A stretch of 64,000 bases of DNA from Candidatus Micrarchaeota archaeon (GCA_021851065.1 JAJZJQ010000002.1:4750-68749); one strand, 5' to 3'. Shown: positions 43,186-55,256, counted from the stretch's first letter. Numbers and translations: made by a program. Notes: generated by a model not told the origin, from the letters alone.

Positions 43186-44523
43186 CTACTTCTTTATCTT
43201 GGCAACCAGCGCCTTCAGCGCGTTGTCCAGTATCTCATCCCGTGGCCTGAGTTCGTATGACACCTGCACAAGCGGCTTATTTATGTTCACCAGGCGCTTG
43301 AGGTCCGTTGGGGTTGCGGAAAGCACAACGTCGGCTTCGGCCAGGTTTATTGTGTCTTCAAGATCCTTAACCTGCTTTGGGCTATATCCCATGGCGGGCA
43401 ACTCGCTTCCAAGCCTGGGGTATCTGGCATACGTGTCCTTTATGGTGCCGCGCGCATACGGCTTCGCGTTAACTATCTGCGCAACACCAAACTCCTTGGC
43501 AGCAACTGTCGCTGCCCCAAAAGCCATGCCCCCATGCGTTATTGTAGGTCCGTCCTCTATAAGCAGGGCTTTCTTTCCTTTTATCAGGTTTTTGTTGCCC
43601 ACAGACACAACAGAATCAGCCAGAGCGATCCTCGCTTTGGGGTTTATAGACCTAAGATCGGACCTCACTCTTTCCAACTCGCCGGGGCTTGCCGAATTAA
43701 CCTTGTTTATTATGAGTATGTCTGACATCCTGGCAACGGTTTCGCCAGGGTAATACGTAAGCTCGCTGCCCGCTCTAAGCGGGTCGGCTATTCCTATAAG
43801 CAGGTCTGTGCTGTAGAAAGGAGCGTCATTATTTCCTCCATCCCAGATTATGACATCGGCTTCTTTCTCTGCGGCTCTTAATATCGCACCATAATCCACG
43901 CCGGCGTAAACTACGAACCTGTTCCTTATATGGGGCTCGTAGTCTTCTCTCTCCTCTATGGTGGCCTTGTATTTGTCCAGATCCTGCAGCCTGGCGAACC
44001 TCTCCACCACCTCATCCTTAAGTATGCCGTACGGCATCGGGTGCCTTATGATGACTACCCTAAGCCCGCGGCCCCTCAGGAATTTAGATACGTATCTTGC
44101 AGTCTGGCTCTTTCCAACTCCTGTCCTTACCCCACATATCCCCACAAGCGGCTTTGTCGACTTGACCATGGCTTTCTCAGGAGCGATAAGCCAGAAATCA
44201 GCACCACAGGAATTCACAAGGCTTGCCTTATGCATCACGGTCTCGTACTGCAGGTCGCTATATGCAAGCACACACACGTCGGCCTTCTTCTGCTTTATCA
44301 GTCCCTGCAGTTCCCCCTCATCATATATCTTTATCCCCTTGGGATACAGCCTTCCGCTGAGCACCGGAGGGTATAGCCTGTCAGATATGAACGGTATCTG
44401 GGCCGCGGTAAATGCGACAACCTCGAATTCCTGGCTCTCCCTGAAAAGCACATTGAATATGTGAAAGTCGCGCCCGGCTGCGCCTATTATGATAACCCTC
44501 TTTTTTTCCATTTTTATACCCAA
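43186..44523 (-). CDS. COG2403-family predicted GTPase / cyclic 2,3-diphosphoglycerate synthetase-like protein
   Basis: KRVIIIGAAGRDFHIFNVLFRE..FEVVAFTAAQIPFISDRLYP and internal P-loop GVRTGVGKSQT. 445 aa. Confidence 0.6.
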   Translation of the reverse strand: MGIKMEKKRVIIIGAAGRDFHIFNVLFRESQEFEVVAFTAAQIPFISDRLYPPVLSGRLYPKGIKIYDEGELQGLIKQKKADVCVLAYSDLQYETVMHKASLVNSCGADFWLIAPEKAMVKSTKPLVGICGVRTGVGKSQTARYVSKFLRGRGLRVVIIRHPMPYGILKDEVVERFARLQDLDKYKATIEEREDYEPHIRNRFVVYAGVDYGAILRAAEKEADVIIWDGGNNDAPFYSTDLLIGIADPLRAGSELTYYPGETVARMSDILIINKVNSASPGELERVRSDLRSINPKARIALADSVVSVGNKNLIKGKKALLIEDGPTITHGGMAFGAATVAAKEFGVAQIVNAKPYARGTIKDTYARYPRLGSELPAMGYSPKQVKDLEDTINLAEADVVLSATPTDLKRLVNINKPLVQVSYELRPRDEILDNALKALVAKIKK

Positions 44524-44660
44524 ATCTAACCTCTCAAGAACAACTTAAAAACCCATATCCAAGGCACAGCGGCACGACGTAAATATTGCGACGACAAAAT
44601 GGCTCAAGAAGCTTTATATTCCTTTAACGGGACTATAAATAGCCAACATCACTGATTTAC

Positions 44661-46574
44661 ATGCCAGACGACCAGGAAATCTACGACGCCTCAAAAATAA
44701 TGGTCCTCGAAGGCGCTCAGGGCATAAGGAAGAGGCCATCTATGTATATAGGCTCCACCGGCGCCGCGGGCGTCATACATCTGCTATATGAGGTAATAGA
44801 CAATGCAGTGGACGAGGCTGCCGCAGGCTACTGCAAGAACATAGCAATCAGGCTGTCCCAGGATTCTGACGGCGACATAGCAGAAGTCAGCGACGATGGC
44901 AGGGGAATACCCGTAGGCATGATGGAAAAGTACAATAAAAGCGCGCTTGAAATAATCATGACTACGCTGCACAAAGGCGCCAAATTCAACCATGACGTTT
45001 ACAAGGTATCCGGCGGCCTTCACGGCGTGGGTCTCACCGTGGTCAATGCGCTTTCGGTATATACTGAAGTAATTGTAAAGAGGGATGGCCACATATACAA
45101 GCAGACATTCAGCAAAGGCCACCCAACATCGGGGCTCGAAACCATCGGGGGCACCAACGAAACTGGCACTTCAATCCGCTTCAAGCCGGACAAGGAAATA
45201 TTCAGCGTGCTGACATTTGATTCCGCCATGCTTAAAGAGCGGCTAAGATACACTTCGTTTCTAAATCCCAAGCTGAACATAACTGTAGTAGACGACAGGT
45301 TCGCCGCGCACGAGGAGACAAAGTACGATTCCAACCAGGGGCTGTCCGACTTCATAAAATTCATGAACACCGGGGCCAACGCACTCACTCCTATAATATG
45401 GGCAAGGAAGGAGGAAGAACAGACTGTTGTAGAATTCGCCCTGCAATACACCGATGCGTATGAGGAAAAGACAGAGTCGTTTGTAAACAACATCAAGACA
45501 GGCGAGGGAGGCACTCACCTCTCGGGGTTCTACTCCGGGGTCACGCGCGCAGTCCTAAATTACATAGACAAGAACAAGCTGAACTCCAAATCGCAGATCA
45601 AGATAACAGGGGACGACACGCGCGAGGGCCTTACGGCAGTCATAAGCGTGATGGTGCAGAATCCTGAATTTGAGGGCCAGACAAAAGAGAAGCTTGGCAA
45701 CGGCTATGTCAAAGGCGTGGTAGAGGCCCAGGTATATTCGTTCCTTTCAAGGTATTTCGAAGAGCATCCTTCAGAATCAAGATCTCTTGTAGAGAAGATC
45801 TACTCGGCAGCTAACGCCAGGGAAAGCGCAAGGAAGGCAAGGGAGATGGCAAGGAAGAAGAGCATCTTCGACAGCGCCGTTCTTCCTGGCAAGCTCGCAG
45901 ATTGCATACTCGCAGACCCAGACAAGACCGAACTGTTCATTGTCGAGGGCCAGAGCGCAGGCGGGTCAAGCAAGCAAGGAAGGGACAAGAATATACAGGC
46001 TATACTTCCGCTCAGGGGGAAGATACTCAACGTGGAGAAGGCCAGCCTTGAGAAGATATTTGACAACGCCGAGATCAAGACCATGATAACTGCGTTCGGC
46101 ACAGGGATAAACGAAACTTTCAATGCCGATGCGATAAGATACAAGAAGATAATAATAATGACTGACGCCGACGTTGACGGCAGCCACATACGCACCCTGC
46201 TTTTGACTTTCTTCTACCGGTATATGCGCAAAATAATAGAGCAGGGGTACGTATATGCGGCCATACCGCCACTATACAAAGTAACAAAGGGCAAATCCAT
46301 GTACTACTGCTACAGCGATGCAGAGCTCGAGGCCAAGCGCAAGGAGCTTGGAGAACTGGACGGACTGCAGAGGTACAAAGGTCTTGGCGAGATGAATGAA
46401 TCCCAGCTATGGGAGACCACGATGAACCCACAGAACAGGAAGCTTAAAAGAATAACTATCTCTGATGCCCAGAGGGCCGAGGAACTATTCAAGGTCCTAA
46501 TGGGCCAGGAGGTCCTGCCCAGAAGGAAATTCCTGCACGAGCACGCAGAGCAAGTGCGGTCTCTTGATGTGTGA
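44661..46574 (+). CDS. gyrB: DNA gyrase subunit B
   Basis: GHKL ATPase ([18 protein letters not shown]), Toprim ([30 protein letters not shown]) and the GyrB tail. 637 aa. Confidence 0.97.
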   Translation: MPDDQEIYDASKIMVLEGAQGIRKRPSMYIGSTGAAGVIHLLYEVIDNAVDEAAAGYCKNIAIRLSQDSDGDIAEVSDDGRGIPVGMMEKYNKSALEIIMTTLHKGAKFNHDVYKVSGGLHGVGLTVVNALSVYTEVIVKRDGHIYKQTFSKGHPTSGLETIGGTNETGTSIRFKPDKEIFSVLTFDSAMLKERLRYTSFLNPKLNITVVDDRFAAHEETKYDSNQGLSDFIKFMNTGANALTPIIWARKEEEQTVVEFALQYTDAYEEKTESFVNNIKTGEGGTHLSGFYSGVTRAVLNYIDKNKLNSKSQIKITGDDTREGLTAVISVMVQNPEFEGQTKEKLGNGYVKGVVEAQVYSFLSRYFEEHPSESRSLVEKIYSAANARESARKAREMARKKSIFDSAVLPGKLADCILADPDKTELFIVEGQSAGGSSKQGRDKNIQAILPLRGKILNVEKASLEKIFDNAEIKTMITAFGTGINETFNADAIRYKKIIIMTDADVDGSHIRTLLLTFFYRYMRKIIEQGYVYAAIPPLYKVTKGKSMYYCYSDAELEAKRKELGELDGLQRYKGLGEMNESQLWETTMNPQNRKLKRITISDAQRAEELFKVLMGQEVLPRRKFLHEHAEQVRSLDV

Positions 46575-48988
46575 ACATGCAGGAAATAATACCCACGCGC
46601 CTTGAGGACGAGCTGCAATCAAGCTACATCGATTACGCCATGAGCGTGATAATAGGCAGGGCCATACCTGATGCAAGAGACGGCCTAAAGCCAGTGCAGC
46701 GCAGGATACTCTATGCAATGTACAACCTCAAGAACTTCCACGACCAGCCTACGAAGAAGAGCGCTAGGATTGTCGGAGAGACGCTTGGAAAGTACCACCC
46801 CCACGGCGACCTTGCAGTCTACGACGCGCTTGCAAGGATGGCGCAGAGTTTCTCCATGAACCACCTTCTTGTGGATGGGCAGGGCAACTTCGGATCCGTA
46901 GACGGGGATCCTCCGGCCGCGCAAAGGTATACCGAGGTAAGACTTACCCGGCTTTCTGAGGACATACTAGAAGACCTTGACAAGGAGACTGTGGATTTCG
47001 TGCCAAACTTCGACGACACGGAAAAAGAACCGCTGATACTTCCATCCAAGATCCCAAACCTTCTGCTGAATGGGGCAACTGGCATAGCCGTGGGTGTTGC
47101 AACGAGCATACCTCCACACAACCTTGGCGAGATCTGCGATGCAATTGCTCTAAGGCTGGGTAAGAGCGAATGCACCGTGGAAGACATCCTTGGCGTTATA
47201 AAAGGCCCCGACTTCCCAACGGGCGGCATAGCCGTCATATCGCAGAACTCCATAAACGGATACAAGTATGGCAGAGGGCAGCTGAGCGTTAAGGCAAAGG
47301 CCGAAATAAACGACAACCAGAAAAAGATAATAATAACCGAGATTCCATACAACGTCAACAAATCCAACCTCATGCAGAACATGGCCCAGTTGGCCAGGGA
47401 CAAAGTGATAAACGGGCTAAGGGACATAAGGGACGAGAGCGACAAGAGCGGAATAAGGATAGTGGTGGACTACAAGGACGAAGGAAGCGGGGAGCAGATA
47501 CTTAACATGCTCTATAGGCACACCCAGCTCCAGACAACCTTCCCTGTGATAAACCTTGCGGTCATCGGCAAGAGCCTAAAGAGCCTAAATGTGCTGCAGA
47601 TGATAGACACCTTCCTAAACCACAGGAGGGAGGTGGTGCTAAGGCGCTCCAAGCACGAACTCAGCGTAGCGCAGGCAAGGCTTCACATTGTTGAAGGGCT
47701 CCTAGTGGCCATAGACAGGATAGATGCGGTAATAGCAACCATAAAGTCCAGCAGCGAGGTCTCAGAGGCCAGGACAAAGCTCATGGCCGGATTTGGCTTA
47801 ACCGAGAAGCAGTCCAACGCAATACTTGATATGAAGCTGAGCAGGCTGACGCATCTTGAGAACAACTCTCTTAACGACGAGAAGAAGGAACTAGGGGAGA
47901 AAGTAGGATATTACAACAACGTCATATCAAAACCAAGCGAAATAGACCGCATAATAGGCGAAGAGACCGCAGAAATAAAGAAGAAGTATTCAAGGCCGAG
48001 GAGAACAGAGATAGTGCACTCCGAAGAAGAGGGGGAGATAACCGACGAGGATATCATAACAAACGAAAAGATAACCATAATACTCACGAATAACGGGTAT
48101 GTGAAGAGGATGGGCCTGCAGAACTACCGGGAGCAGAGCAGGGGAGGGAAGGGCATAATATCCATAAACCTCAAGGAGGGAGACTACGCCAAGCAGATAC
48201 TTACCTGCAATAACAAGGATTTCGTGATATGTCTTACAAACGTCGGAAGGGCATACTGGATAAAGGCATACAACGTTCCCGAGAGCGGCAGATACTCGGA
48301 AGGAAAGGCAATAGTCAACCTGGTGGACATGAAAGACGAAAAGATAATAAAAGTGCTCAATGTGAACGAGTTCACCAATTCAAAAATAGCATTCCTAACA
48401 CTGCGAGGCACAATAAAGAAGGTAAAAGCAGCGCTATTCTCGCGCCCAAGAAGCAACGGAATCAGGGCAATAAAGCTGAATCCGGGAGACCAGATAGCCG
48501 ACGTTATCATGTACTCTGCAGAGAAAAACCTGATAATAGCCACCAAGCAGGGCCAGGCCATAAAGTTCGAGGAGAGCGATCTCAGGTACATAGGGCGCAA
48601 TGCAGCAGGTGTCAGGGGCATAAGGCTCAGGGACGGAGACGAAGCTAGGAACATGATAGCGGCTAGCGACAGCGGCAGCATACTCTCGATAACGGAGAAT
48701 GGATACGGCAAGATAACAGACATAAACGAATACAGGCTCCAGAGCAGGGGAGGCAGCGGGGTGATAAACCTCAAAGTCAACGAGAAGACCGGCAAGGTGC
48801 AAAAATGCATCTACCTGGGCGGGGATGACAAAGTCGTGCTTATAAACTCTCTAGGGGTCAGCATAACCTTCCCAACCAGCGAGGTGAGGGTGACCGGCAG
48901 GGCGGCGAGCGGGGTAAGGCTAATGCATCTTGGGCAAGGCCAGAAAGTTGTGGACGCCATACTGCTTGGTTCGGAGATACAGGCATAG
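46571..48988 (+). CDS. gyrA: DNA gyrase subunit A
   Basis: [19 protein letters not shown], active-site region [11 protein letters not shown]-terminal beta-pinwheel repeats. 4-nt overlap with gyrB. Confidence 0.97.
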   Translation: MNMQEIIPTRLEDELQSSYIDYAMSVIIGRAIPDARDGLKPVQRRILYAMYNLKNFHDQPTKKSARIVGETLGKYHPHGDLAVYDALARMAQSFSMNHLLVDGQGNFGSVDGDPPAAQRYTEVRLTRLSEDILEDLDKETVDFVPNFDDTEKEPLILPSKIPNLLLNGATGIAVGVATSIPPHNLGEICDAIALRLGKSECTVEDILGVIKGPDFPTGGIAVISQNSINGYKYGRGQLSVKAKAEINDNQKKIIITEIPYNVNKSNLMQNMAQLARDKVINGLRDIRDESDKSGIRIVVDYKDEGSGEQILNMLYRHTQLQTTFPVINLAVIGKSLKSLNVLQMIDTFLNHRREVVLRRSKHELSVAQARLHIVEGLLVAIDRIDAVIATIKSSSEVSEARTKLMAGFGLTEKQSNAILDMKLSRLTHLENNSLNDEKKELGEKVGYYNNVISKPSEIDRIIGEETAEIKKKYSRPRRTEIVHSEEEGEITDEDIITNEKITIILTNNGYVKRMGLQNYREQSRGGKGIISINLKEGDYAKQILTCNNKDFVICLTNVGRAYWIKAYNVPESGRYSEGKAIVNLVDMKDEKIIKVLNVNEFTNSKIAFLTLRGTIKKVKAALFSRPRSNGIRAIKLNPGDQIADVIMYSAEKNLIIATKQGQAIKFEESDLRYIGRNAAGVRGIRLRDGDEARNMIAASDSGSILSITENGYGKITDINEYRLQSRGGSGVINLKVNEKTGKVQKCIYLGGDDKVVLINSLGVSITFPTSEVRVTGRAASGVRLMHLGQGQKVVDAILLGSEIQA

Positions 48989-49045
48989 GCCCTACACCTC
49001 AAATATCCTTGCCATGCCCTGCCACGCCGGCACACGGCCACACTG

Positions 49046-51802
49046 TCAATCTATATTCCAAAACTTCCTGTTCTTTATGAAATTCTTCTGTGCTTCTATG
49101 ACGTCGACGAAAAACATCCTATAGTCGCTCCTCACATATTTCAGCAGACGCGCAGCCGTCTCTATTCCGATGCCATATACTGACAAAGCCACAAGCGCCC
49201 TTGATCCGTACGCATCAACAAGGCTTGCCTCCCTCATCATGTCCCTGTATATTTTATTATCCTGCACAGTCATGGATTTCTTCGATGCCCGTTTTGCCAC
49301 TATTCTCTCATAAGGCTCCTTGTATTTTGCCACAAGCGGGCTCTTGCATGAAGGGCAGAAGATCTTATGCTCATCCTTGAGCTGTACTTTCTGCGTGAAT
49401 ACGCGCGAGCAGAAGGTGCACAGCATCCTGATGCCCCTGCCTTCATATTTATCAAGCAGTTTCTCTATGACTCCCTGTCTTTCCGGGGTAGCGAGCAGCT
49501 CCCCATACCTGTAAAGGGATTCAAGGATGACTTTTGAGAGCGGTGAAGGAGTCTTGCTTGCAAGTTCGATGCCGATCTCCCCGGACCTAAGCCCTAAAAC
49601 AAGTTTCCTTGCAGTATCTATGTCAAAGTAGTTCTTGTACAGGTCCCTTACTGTTTCATCATATATTGGAGAGCTCTCATAGAAGCTGATAAGCCGGCTT
49701 ACCACTCCCTTTGTAACTTCCGCTCCCTTATCAACCACCCCAAACAGCTTTGCTGCCTGCACGAATTTGTACCTGAAAAGCTCTGAATCCAAAGCAAAGC
49801 TCCTGTTGTCCAAGTCTATGTTCTTAAGCATTCCAAATACACGTGCCGTATCCGGTCTCCTGACAACCATGCTGTAGTCAAGGATTATGGCATACGGGGT
49901 GGCCTTGGCGTTTACCCTGCCTCCTGCCTGCGACGACGCTATTGCAGATATTGCTCTTGAGAGAAATTCGTTTGCAAGCTTGCCCATTGGCATGTAAGCT
50001 ATTGCAGCATTCTCAAGTTCCTCAATTGTTATGGTATGGTCGTCAATTCTCATCGACTTCATGTTGCTGTCTATGAACTGCGTTGCCAGTGCCAGGGTGC
50101 CTCCATCCATCTTAGCCTTTTCGGGAGCCAGGCCTTTTGCAAGGTACCTCCATACCATGGCGGAGATATGCCTTGATACCGGCAGATCCTCACCTTCCCA
50201 GTCGGGCACCGCAGCGCTTATATCATCGCTGCGCTCTACGAATACTGTACCTTCCTCAACACTCACAACCTTCCAAGGCAGACCCTTGGTTATGAACACG
50301 GCCCCCTCCTCTATGTGGCTATAGACGAACTCCTCGTCAAGGGTAGATATTATCCTGTTCTCTATTGCATCCTTCACCACAAACCTCATCGAGTCAGGTA
50401 TCACGCTTATGGCCCCTACGAAATACTTCCTTGCTCTTGGGGCATACTCGATCATGTTTGAGTAGGTTTTAACTAGCCTGAGCTCAACAAGCAGCCCAAG
50501 AACCCCATCAAAACTCCTCGCGTCAAGCCCGCTGAATATGTATGACCTGCTAATTATGCCGATTAGCTTGTCTTTCTCTATCCTGCCATACTCCATTACC
50601 ATTGCGCATATCTGGTTAGCCAGCACATCCAGGGCGTTTCTCTCAGCGCTCCTCCTCTCAAGCCCTCCGGCAAGGGCATATTCTACTATTGCAGCCGCTT
50701 CTATGCAATCGAGCTCGCTGTGCACTATTACCTTTCCAACTGATGTCTGCGCATGCCTGTGGCCTCCTCTTCCTATCCTCTGCACAAGCCTTGTAGCCTG
50801 CTTTGGGGATCCGTACTGCACCACAAGGTCTATGCTGCCTACATCTATCCCAAGCTCAAGGGAGCTTGTAGCCACAAGGGCCTTTATCCCGCCGTTCTTG
50901 AACGAGTTCTCAATGGCTATCCTTTCCTCCTTGTCTATAGAGCTATGGTGTATGCCCACATTGCCAAAACTCTCTGTGCGGTTTAGCACTATAAGTTTGC
51001 TCCCAAGCGACTCCACGGCCTGTCTTGTATTGGCGAACACTATGGCAGCCCTCGAATCTCTTATCAGCTCAGCCACCCTTGTTATCCTGGCATATGCCTG
51101 CGCATCAAGCCCGAAAGCCAGCCGGAAATCCTTATTGTCAGCTGTCGGGCTTACTGGCATCTCTATTGTTATATCCATGTTCTTTTGCATGGGCGCCTGT
51201 ATTATCCCATGCTTCCTCCCGGCGAATAGGAAGTTGGCGGCTTCCTGTGCATCTCCTATGGTGGCGCTTATTCCTATCCTTTGGAAGCCCATGGAGATTT
51301 CTTCAAGCCTCTCAAGCGCCACAGAAAGCTGCGCACCCCTCTTGTTGTAGTACAGCTCATGCAGCTCATCGACCATGACGAACCTAAGGTTTTTAAGCGA
51401 GCTGCGCAGGCCGCGAGAAAGGAACAGGTTCTGCACTGTCTCAGGGGTAGTTATAAGCAGCTGCGGCGGCACCAGCACCTGCTTTCTTCTCTGGCTTGCA
51501 GGGGTGTCTCCATGCCTAACTTCTATGCGCACCCCGAGCTCTCTTCCAAGCCACTCAAGCCTTTTTACAAGATCCCTGTTTAATGCCCGAAGCGGAGTTA
51601 TATAGAGCGCCGAAATTCCCTCGCTGCTTCTCGACTTTACTATCCTGTTAAGCACAGGGAGTATTGCAGCCTCTGTCTTGCCGCTGCCAGTAGGTGCAAT
51701 GAGCAGGCAGTTCTCCCCCTGCTCTATCGGCCCCATAGAAAGCTTCTGTATTTGGGTAAGGTCATTGAACCTGGTTAGGAATAATTCATATGGGCTTTGC
51801 AT
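49046..51802 (-). CDS. lhr: Lhr-like ATP-dependent DExH helicase with C-terminal Zn ribbon
   Basis: Motif I APTGSGKTEAA, motif II VMVDELHE, motif VI QRIGRGGH, long DEAD-associated C-terminal region, CTFC..CPSC. 918 aa. Confidence 0.85.
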   Translation of the reverse strand: MQSPYELFLTRFNDLTQIQKLSMGPIEQGENCLLIAPTGSGKTEAAILPVLNRIVKSRSSEGISALYITPLRALNRDLVKRLEWLGRELGVRIEVRHGDTPASQRRKQVLVPPQLLITTPETVQNLFLSRGLRSSLKNLRFVMVDELHELYYNKRGAQLSVALERLEEISMGFQRIGISATIGDAQEAANFLFAGRKHGIIQAPMQKNMDITIEMPVSPTADNKDFRLAFGLDAQAYARITRVAELIRDSRAAIVFANTRQAVESLGSKLIVLNRTESFGNVGIHHSSIDKEERIAIENSFKNGGIKALVATSSLELGIDVGSIDLVVQYGSPKQATRLVQRIGRGGHRHAQTSVGKVIVHSELDCIEAAAIVEYALAGGLERRSAERNALDVLANQICAMVMEYGRIEKDKLIGIISRSYIFSGLDARSFDGVLGLLVELRLVKTYSNMIEYAPRARKYFVGAISVIPDSMRFVVKDAIENRIISTLDEEFVYSHIEEGAVFITKGLPWKVVSVEEGTVFVERSDDISAAVPDWEGEDLPVSRHISAMVWRYLAKGLAPEKAKMDGGTLALATQFIDSNMKSMRIDDHTITIEELENAAIAYMPMGKLANEFLSRAISAIASSQAGGRVNAKATPYAIILDYSMVVRRPDTARVFGMLKNIDLDNRSFALDSELFRYKFVQAAKLFGVVDKGAEVTKGVVSRLISFYESSPIYDETVRDLYKNYFDIDTARKLVLGLRSGEIGIELASKTPSPLSKVILESLYRYGELLATPERQGVIEKLLDKYEGRGIRMLCTFCSRVFTQKVQLKDEHKIFCPSCKSPLVAKYKEPYERIVAKRASKKSMTVQDNKIYRDMMREASLVDAYGSRALVALSVYGIGIETAARLLKYVRSDYRMFFVDVIEAQKNFIKNRKFWNID

Positions 51803-51818
51803 AAAGATGATGCATGGG

Positions 51819-53402
51819 TTATACTATGTAGGCGTAGCCGTTCGAAGTAATCGTCTTGTTGTCTGCAATGTAATGCAGGTCGAGCCCGAACGTGGATCCA
51901 AGTATGGCGCCTGTTATTACATTGCCATCCACGTAGCATGGGGTGGACATGTTGACAGAGTTTCCAGGGGAAAGAACCATCCCATCCAGCTGCGTGGCTT
52001 CCCCTGCCCCTGATCCGACGCATTCAATGCTGCTTAATGTTATGCTGTTTGCATACGTGTTCTTGAGTCTTAAGCTAAGCGCATTGTGTGTGAATGTAGA
52101 GTTGCTGCAAATCACGTTGCTGTCTATGTAACACGTGTTGGAATAGGAGAACCCTGACACAAAACCTATCTTCTGCCCGGTAAAGTTGTAGCCAGCATTA
52201 ATCCCTTGGTCTGTATTTATGCTGTTCTGCAGTTCATTCTCAGAAGAGAGCGACCACACGCTTATGTTGTAGCTGCCTACCAGCCTCTCATACTTCACGA
52301 GCACGGAGTTTGACACCCCTTCATAGAATGCTCCGCAGTAAGATGAATTATCTATCCTGTATACGGTGCCCCAGCATACATTGCTGAAGTTCGGCCCAGA
52401 CATCAGGCTCCTGTACACAAAAGAGCTGTTCCTAATGCTTATGTCCCCTGCGTAGCTTATGTTGCTGTAGAAGCCCGAATAGCTGAGTATTGACGTATTC
52501 ACATCTTTGAGCCTGGCGTATAACGGCGAAGTGTATGTATAACTGTAGGTCCTGTTGTAAACCATGGTGCAGCTTTCATTTCCCACCACGGCAAGGCTCT
52601 TTATCCATCCCTGCGAGTACCAGCTGCACATGGTGGTGTTGTACCCCAGGTTAATGACTGTGAGGTTGCCCTGCGTTGTGGCATTTAGGCTCTTCCCTAG
52701 TGCCGCATTGTATATTGCTGAAGGCATCAGGTACCCTTCAATCCACATTGACACCAGATATGTCTTGTTGTAGTAAGCATGCGCAATCGAAACCTGGTGT
52801 ATATATGGCGCATATACGTCCAGCATCGGGTAAAGGAAGTTGTTTAGCGGATGCGAAGCTGTGAGTTCAAGTTTGTCAGCGCTGAAGTTATTGTAGAGAT
52901 ACGATGCCATCGTGTACCCTGCAGCGCTAAGGTTGAAAGAGTCAGAGCTGATCAGGCCTTCAGGGTTCACCGCCGAGTATGGGTCTGCCCTGCTGGCCTG
53001 CATCACCTGCACCACGGTGCTGCTGTGGGTTTGCTGCCTGTCTGTAATATCGTACAGCCTGCCCGGATCTGCCACGACTGATATGTTATAGCTCCCGCTC
53101 TCCGTGGGCGTATAATTGAAGTAGATTGTCGCCTGCTTGCCGGCTGGTATCGAAGCCTTATAAACCCTGGACACGTTGCCGTTTATGTAAAGCCCAAGGG
53201 ACAGGTTGCTGAACGATGCGCTTCCAGTATTGGTTATTGTTATTGGTATGGAGAGCAGCTGGTAAGGGTACAGGCTGCGCACACCGCTGCCCACGCTCAC
53301 GTTCAGTGACAGGCTTGGCTGGTAGTAGAACCTAAAGTATGAAGCAACAGCTATCACTATTATTGCGAACGCAATCCAAATGTAAGTTTCCCTTACCCTC
53401 AT
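51819..53402 (-). CDS. Membrane-anchored extracellular protein with CARDB-like domain, sequon-rich
   Basis: N-terminal TM (IWIAFAIIVIAVASYF). CARDB-like SIPITITNTGSASFSNLSLGLYINGN...AGKQATIYFNYTPTESGSYNISVVADP. Many NxS/T sites. Confidence 0.55.
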   Translation of the reverse strand: MRVRETYIWIAFAIIVIAVASYFRFYYQPSLSLNVSVGSGVRSLYPYQLLSIPITITNTGSASFSNLSLGLYINGNVSRVYKASIPAGKQATIYFNYTPTESGSYNISVVADPGRLYDITDRQQTHSSTVVQVMQASRADPYSAVNPEGLISSDSFNLSAAGYTMASYLYNNFSADKLELTASHPLNNFLYPMLDVYAPYIHQVSIAHAYYNKTYLVSMWIEGYLMPSAIYNAALGKSLNATTQGNLTVINLGYNTTMCSWYSQGWIKSLAVVGNESCTMVYNRTYSYTYTSPLYARLKDVNTSILSYSGFYSNISYAGDISIRNSSFVYRSLMSGPNFSNVCWGTVYRIDNSSYCGAFYEGVSNSVLVKYERLVGSYNISVWSLSSENELQNSINTDQGINAGYNFTGQKIGFVSGFSYSNTCYIDSNVICSNSTFTHNALSLRLKNTYANSITLSSIECVGSGAGEATQLDGMVLSPGNSVNMSTPCYVDGNVITGAILGSTFGLDLHYIADNKTITSNGYAYIV

Positions 53403-53878
53403 ACTACACCTGCCTTGCTCTTTACCTCCCTTATTACTTGCCCTATCTTGCCTGCTATGTCGCTGTAGTTCGAATCGAAGATGTGCTGCGCCCAGTTTGA
53501 CGGGTCAAACCTGTCTCCTGTTCCAGGCGGGCTGAAATAGAACCGCCCTCCAGAATTCTCAACAAATCCCATCTTCTTCATCCTAAGCAGGTGGTATCGC
53601 AGTGTTTTCTCGTTTATCTGCTCCCAGTTTGCATTTATATAATCGGAGAGATCCTTGACTGTGGGGTCGGTGCCTTTGACGAACTGGAAATGTATGAGGG
53701 AGTCAAGCACTGCAAGCGATCCAAGCCTCGATTCCCCTGGGTTTATTATGCCCAAGGATAGCGCCAACCACCTTATGGCAGAGCGGCGCGTCTCAAGCAC
53801 CTCCGAGGTGAGCCTGAGGTTCCTGAGCGTTATCTCATTTTCTATGAGGGAGGCTTCATTTAGTTCCAAAGCTATCAC
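53399..53878 (-). CDS. Winged-helix protein, hypothetical regulator
   Basis: TLRYHLLRMKKMGFVENSGGRFYF is wHTH-like. 4-nt overlap with the downstream surface-protein gene. Confidence 0.5.
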   Translation of the reverse strand: MIALELNEASLIENEITLRNLRLTSEVLETRRSAIRWLALSLGIINPGESRLGSLAVLDSLIHFQFVKGTDPTVKDLSDYINANWEQINEKTLRYHLLRMKKMGFVENSGGRFYFSPPGTGDRFDPSNWAQHIFDSNYSDIAGKIGQVIREVKSKAGVV

Positions 53879-53958
53879 GCGGCAAATAACGTTATAATAC
53901 TGTAACTTATAAGATATATGATATAGACTACTTAAAATTAATATAGTGATGTGATATC

Positions 53959-54327
53959 ATGCCAACACAGCAGCCAAGCGAACAGGATGTGGAAAAGATG
54001 CTCAGGGAATACCAGCAGGTGCAGGAGCAGCTGCGCATGTTTGCAATACAGCTGGACCAGCTAAAGGCGCAGAAGGCAGAGTTCGATAGGGCCAACCAGG
54101 AGGTAGGCAACTCAACCGGCAAGGTATACGTGAGTGTGGGCGGAGTCATAGTGGAGACCACAAAGCAGAAGGCACTTGACGACCTCAAGGACCGCGCTGA
54201 GCTGTCAGAGACGAGGATCCAGTCCATAACAAAGCAGTATGACCAGCTAAGGTCCAGGGAGAAGCAGCTCAACGAGCAGATCACCGCAATATATAAGTCA
54301 TCGCAGGCTCCCAATGGCGCCCAGTAA
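53959..54327 (+). CDS. pfdB: Prefoldin subunit beta
   Basis: Coiled coil, beta hairpin, coiled coil: QQVQEQLRMFAIQLDQLKAQ...VYVSVGGVIVETTKQKALDDLKDR...QYDQLRSREKQL. Confidence 0.85.
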   Translation: MPTQQPSEQDVEKMLREYQQVQEQLRMFAIQLDQLKAQKAEFDRANQEVGNSTGKVYVSVGGVIVETTKQKALDDLKDRAELSETRIQSITKQYDQLRSREKQLNEQITAIYKSSQAPNGAQ

Positions 54328-54356
54328 CCCCGGTTTGTGCTGATGTAGCAAGCGGT

Positions 54357-54857
54357 GTGCCAATGAAGCCTTTCGACATAGCTGCATTTGAGGTCGGCGC
54401 AGATCTTCAGAAGAGGCTGGGATTCGCCCGGATATACTCAACCGCCAAGGACATCTCCATATCGCAAAGGTCTTCAGGCGCACATATGCCGACAATAGTA
54501 TCCAGCATGGATCCTGGCGCACTAATAACCGCAGCAAGGGAACCTGAAGTCATAGGCATAATGCCGCAAGGCCCAGAGCCCAGCAGAAAGGCCATAGAGA
54601 AAGCAGCCGAGTACGGCAAGACCATATTCATACCTGTCGGGGGGTTTACTGAAACCGGCACAGCGCAAAGGCAGCTCATTTTGCGCAGCATGCGTAAAAC
54701 ATTCTTCGCTGCACACTCGCTCAAGGCCAGGGCGTGCATAATATCGCTGGCTGCCTCAAAAAACCAGCTGCTTTCTGCAGGGCAGTTAAAGGGGATAGCA
54801 AACCTGATATCAACCCAGCAAGGCAGGCCTGCAATACTCGAGAACAGGATTACATGA
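54357..54857 (+). CDS. rnp3: Probable RNase P protein component 3 (Rpp30-like), short
   Basis: The position immediately upstream of Pop5, overlapping it (ATGA), is the conserved rnp3-rnp2 arrangement. The sequence itself is weakly diagnostic, and 166 aa is shorter than usual. Confidence 0.5.
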   Translation: MPMKPFDIAAFEVGADLQKRLGFARIYSTAKDISISQRSSGAHMPTIVSSMDPGALITAAREPEVIGIMPQGPEPSRKAIEKAAEYGKTIFIPVGGFTETGTAQRQLILRSMRKTFFAAHSLKARACIISLAASKNQLLSAGQLKGIANLISTQQGRPAILENRIT

Positions 54858-55198
54858 TAACAAAACACAAGAATCGGTATATCCTGATGGAGACGTCAGA
54901 ACCTGTAGACACTAGGAGCCAGGCAACGGCACGCGCAATAGCCGACGCCCTAAGCGCAGAGATGGGGAAGACCGGTTTTTTGAAGGCAAACCCCAAGATA
55001 GTTCTCAGTGTAGGCGAATCGTCGTTCATAATCCGGGTTAACCGCGGCTCGCAGGACGATCTTGTGCTAGCCAGCGCTTTCGTAAAGAACATCTCCGGCA
55101 GACCGCTAAGCCTGTATACTGTGGGCGTCTCTGGAACCATAAGAAAGCTGCTCGATACCGCCAGGTCTCTTCACATTCTGCAACAAAATTGGCCATAG
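54854..55198 (+). CDS. rnp2: RNase P protein component 2 (Pop5)
   Basis: KNRYILMETS... FIIRVNRGSQDDLVLASAF... VGVSGTIRKL matches the Pop5 pattern. Start at ATG 54854. Confidence 0.75.
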   Translation: MITKHKNRYILMETSEPVDTRSQATARAIADALSAEMGKTGFLKANPKIVLSVGESSFIIRVNRGSQDDLVLASAFVKNISGRPLSLYTVGVSGTIRKLLDTARSLHILQQNWP

Positions 55199-55256
55199 GC
55201 AAAGCAAAAAGGTTAATATAGGTTACACATTATAACTTATACCGCTCAGTGATTTT

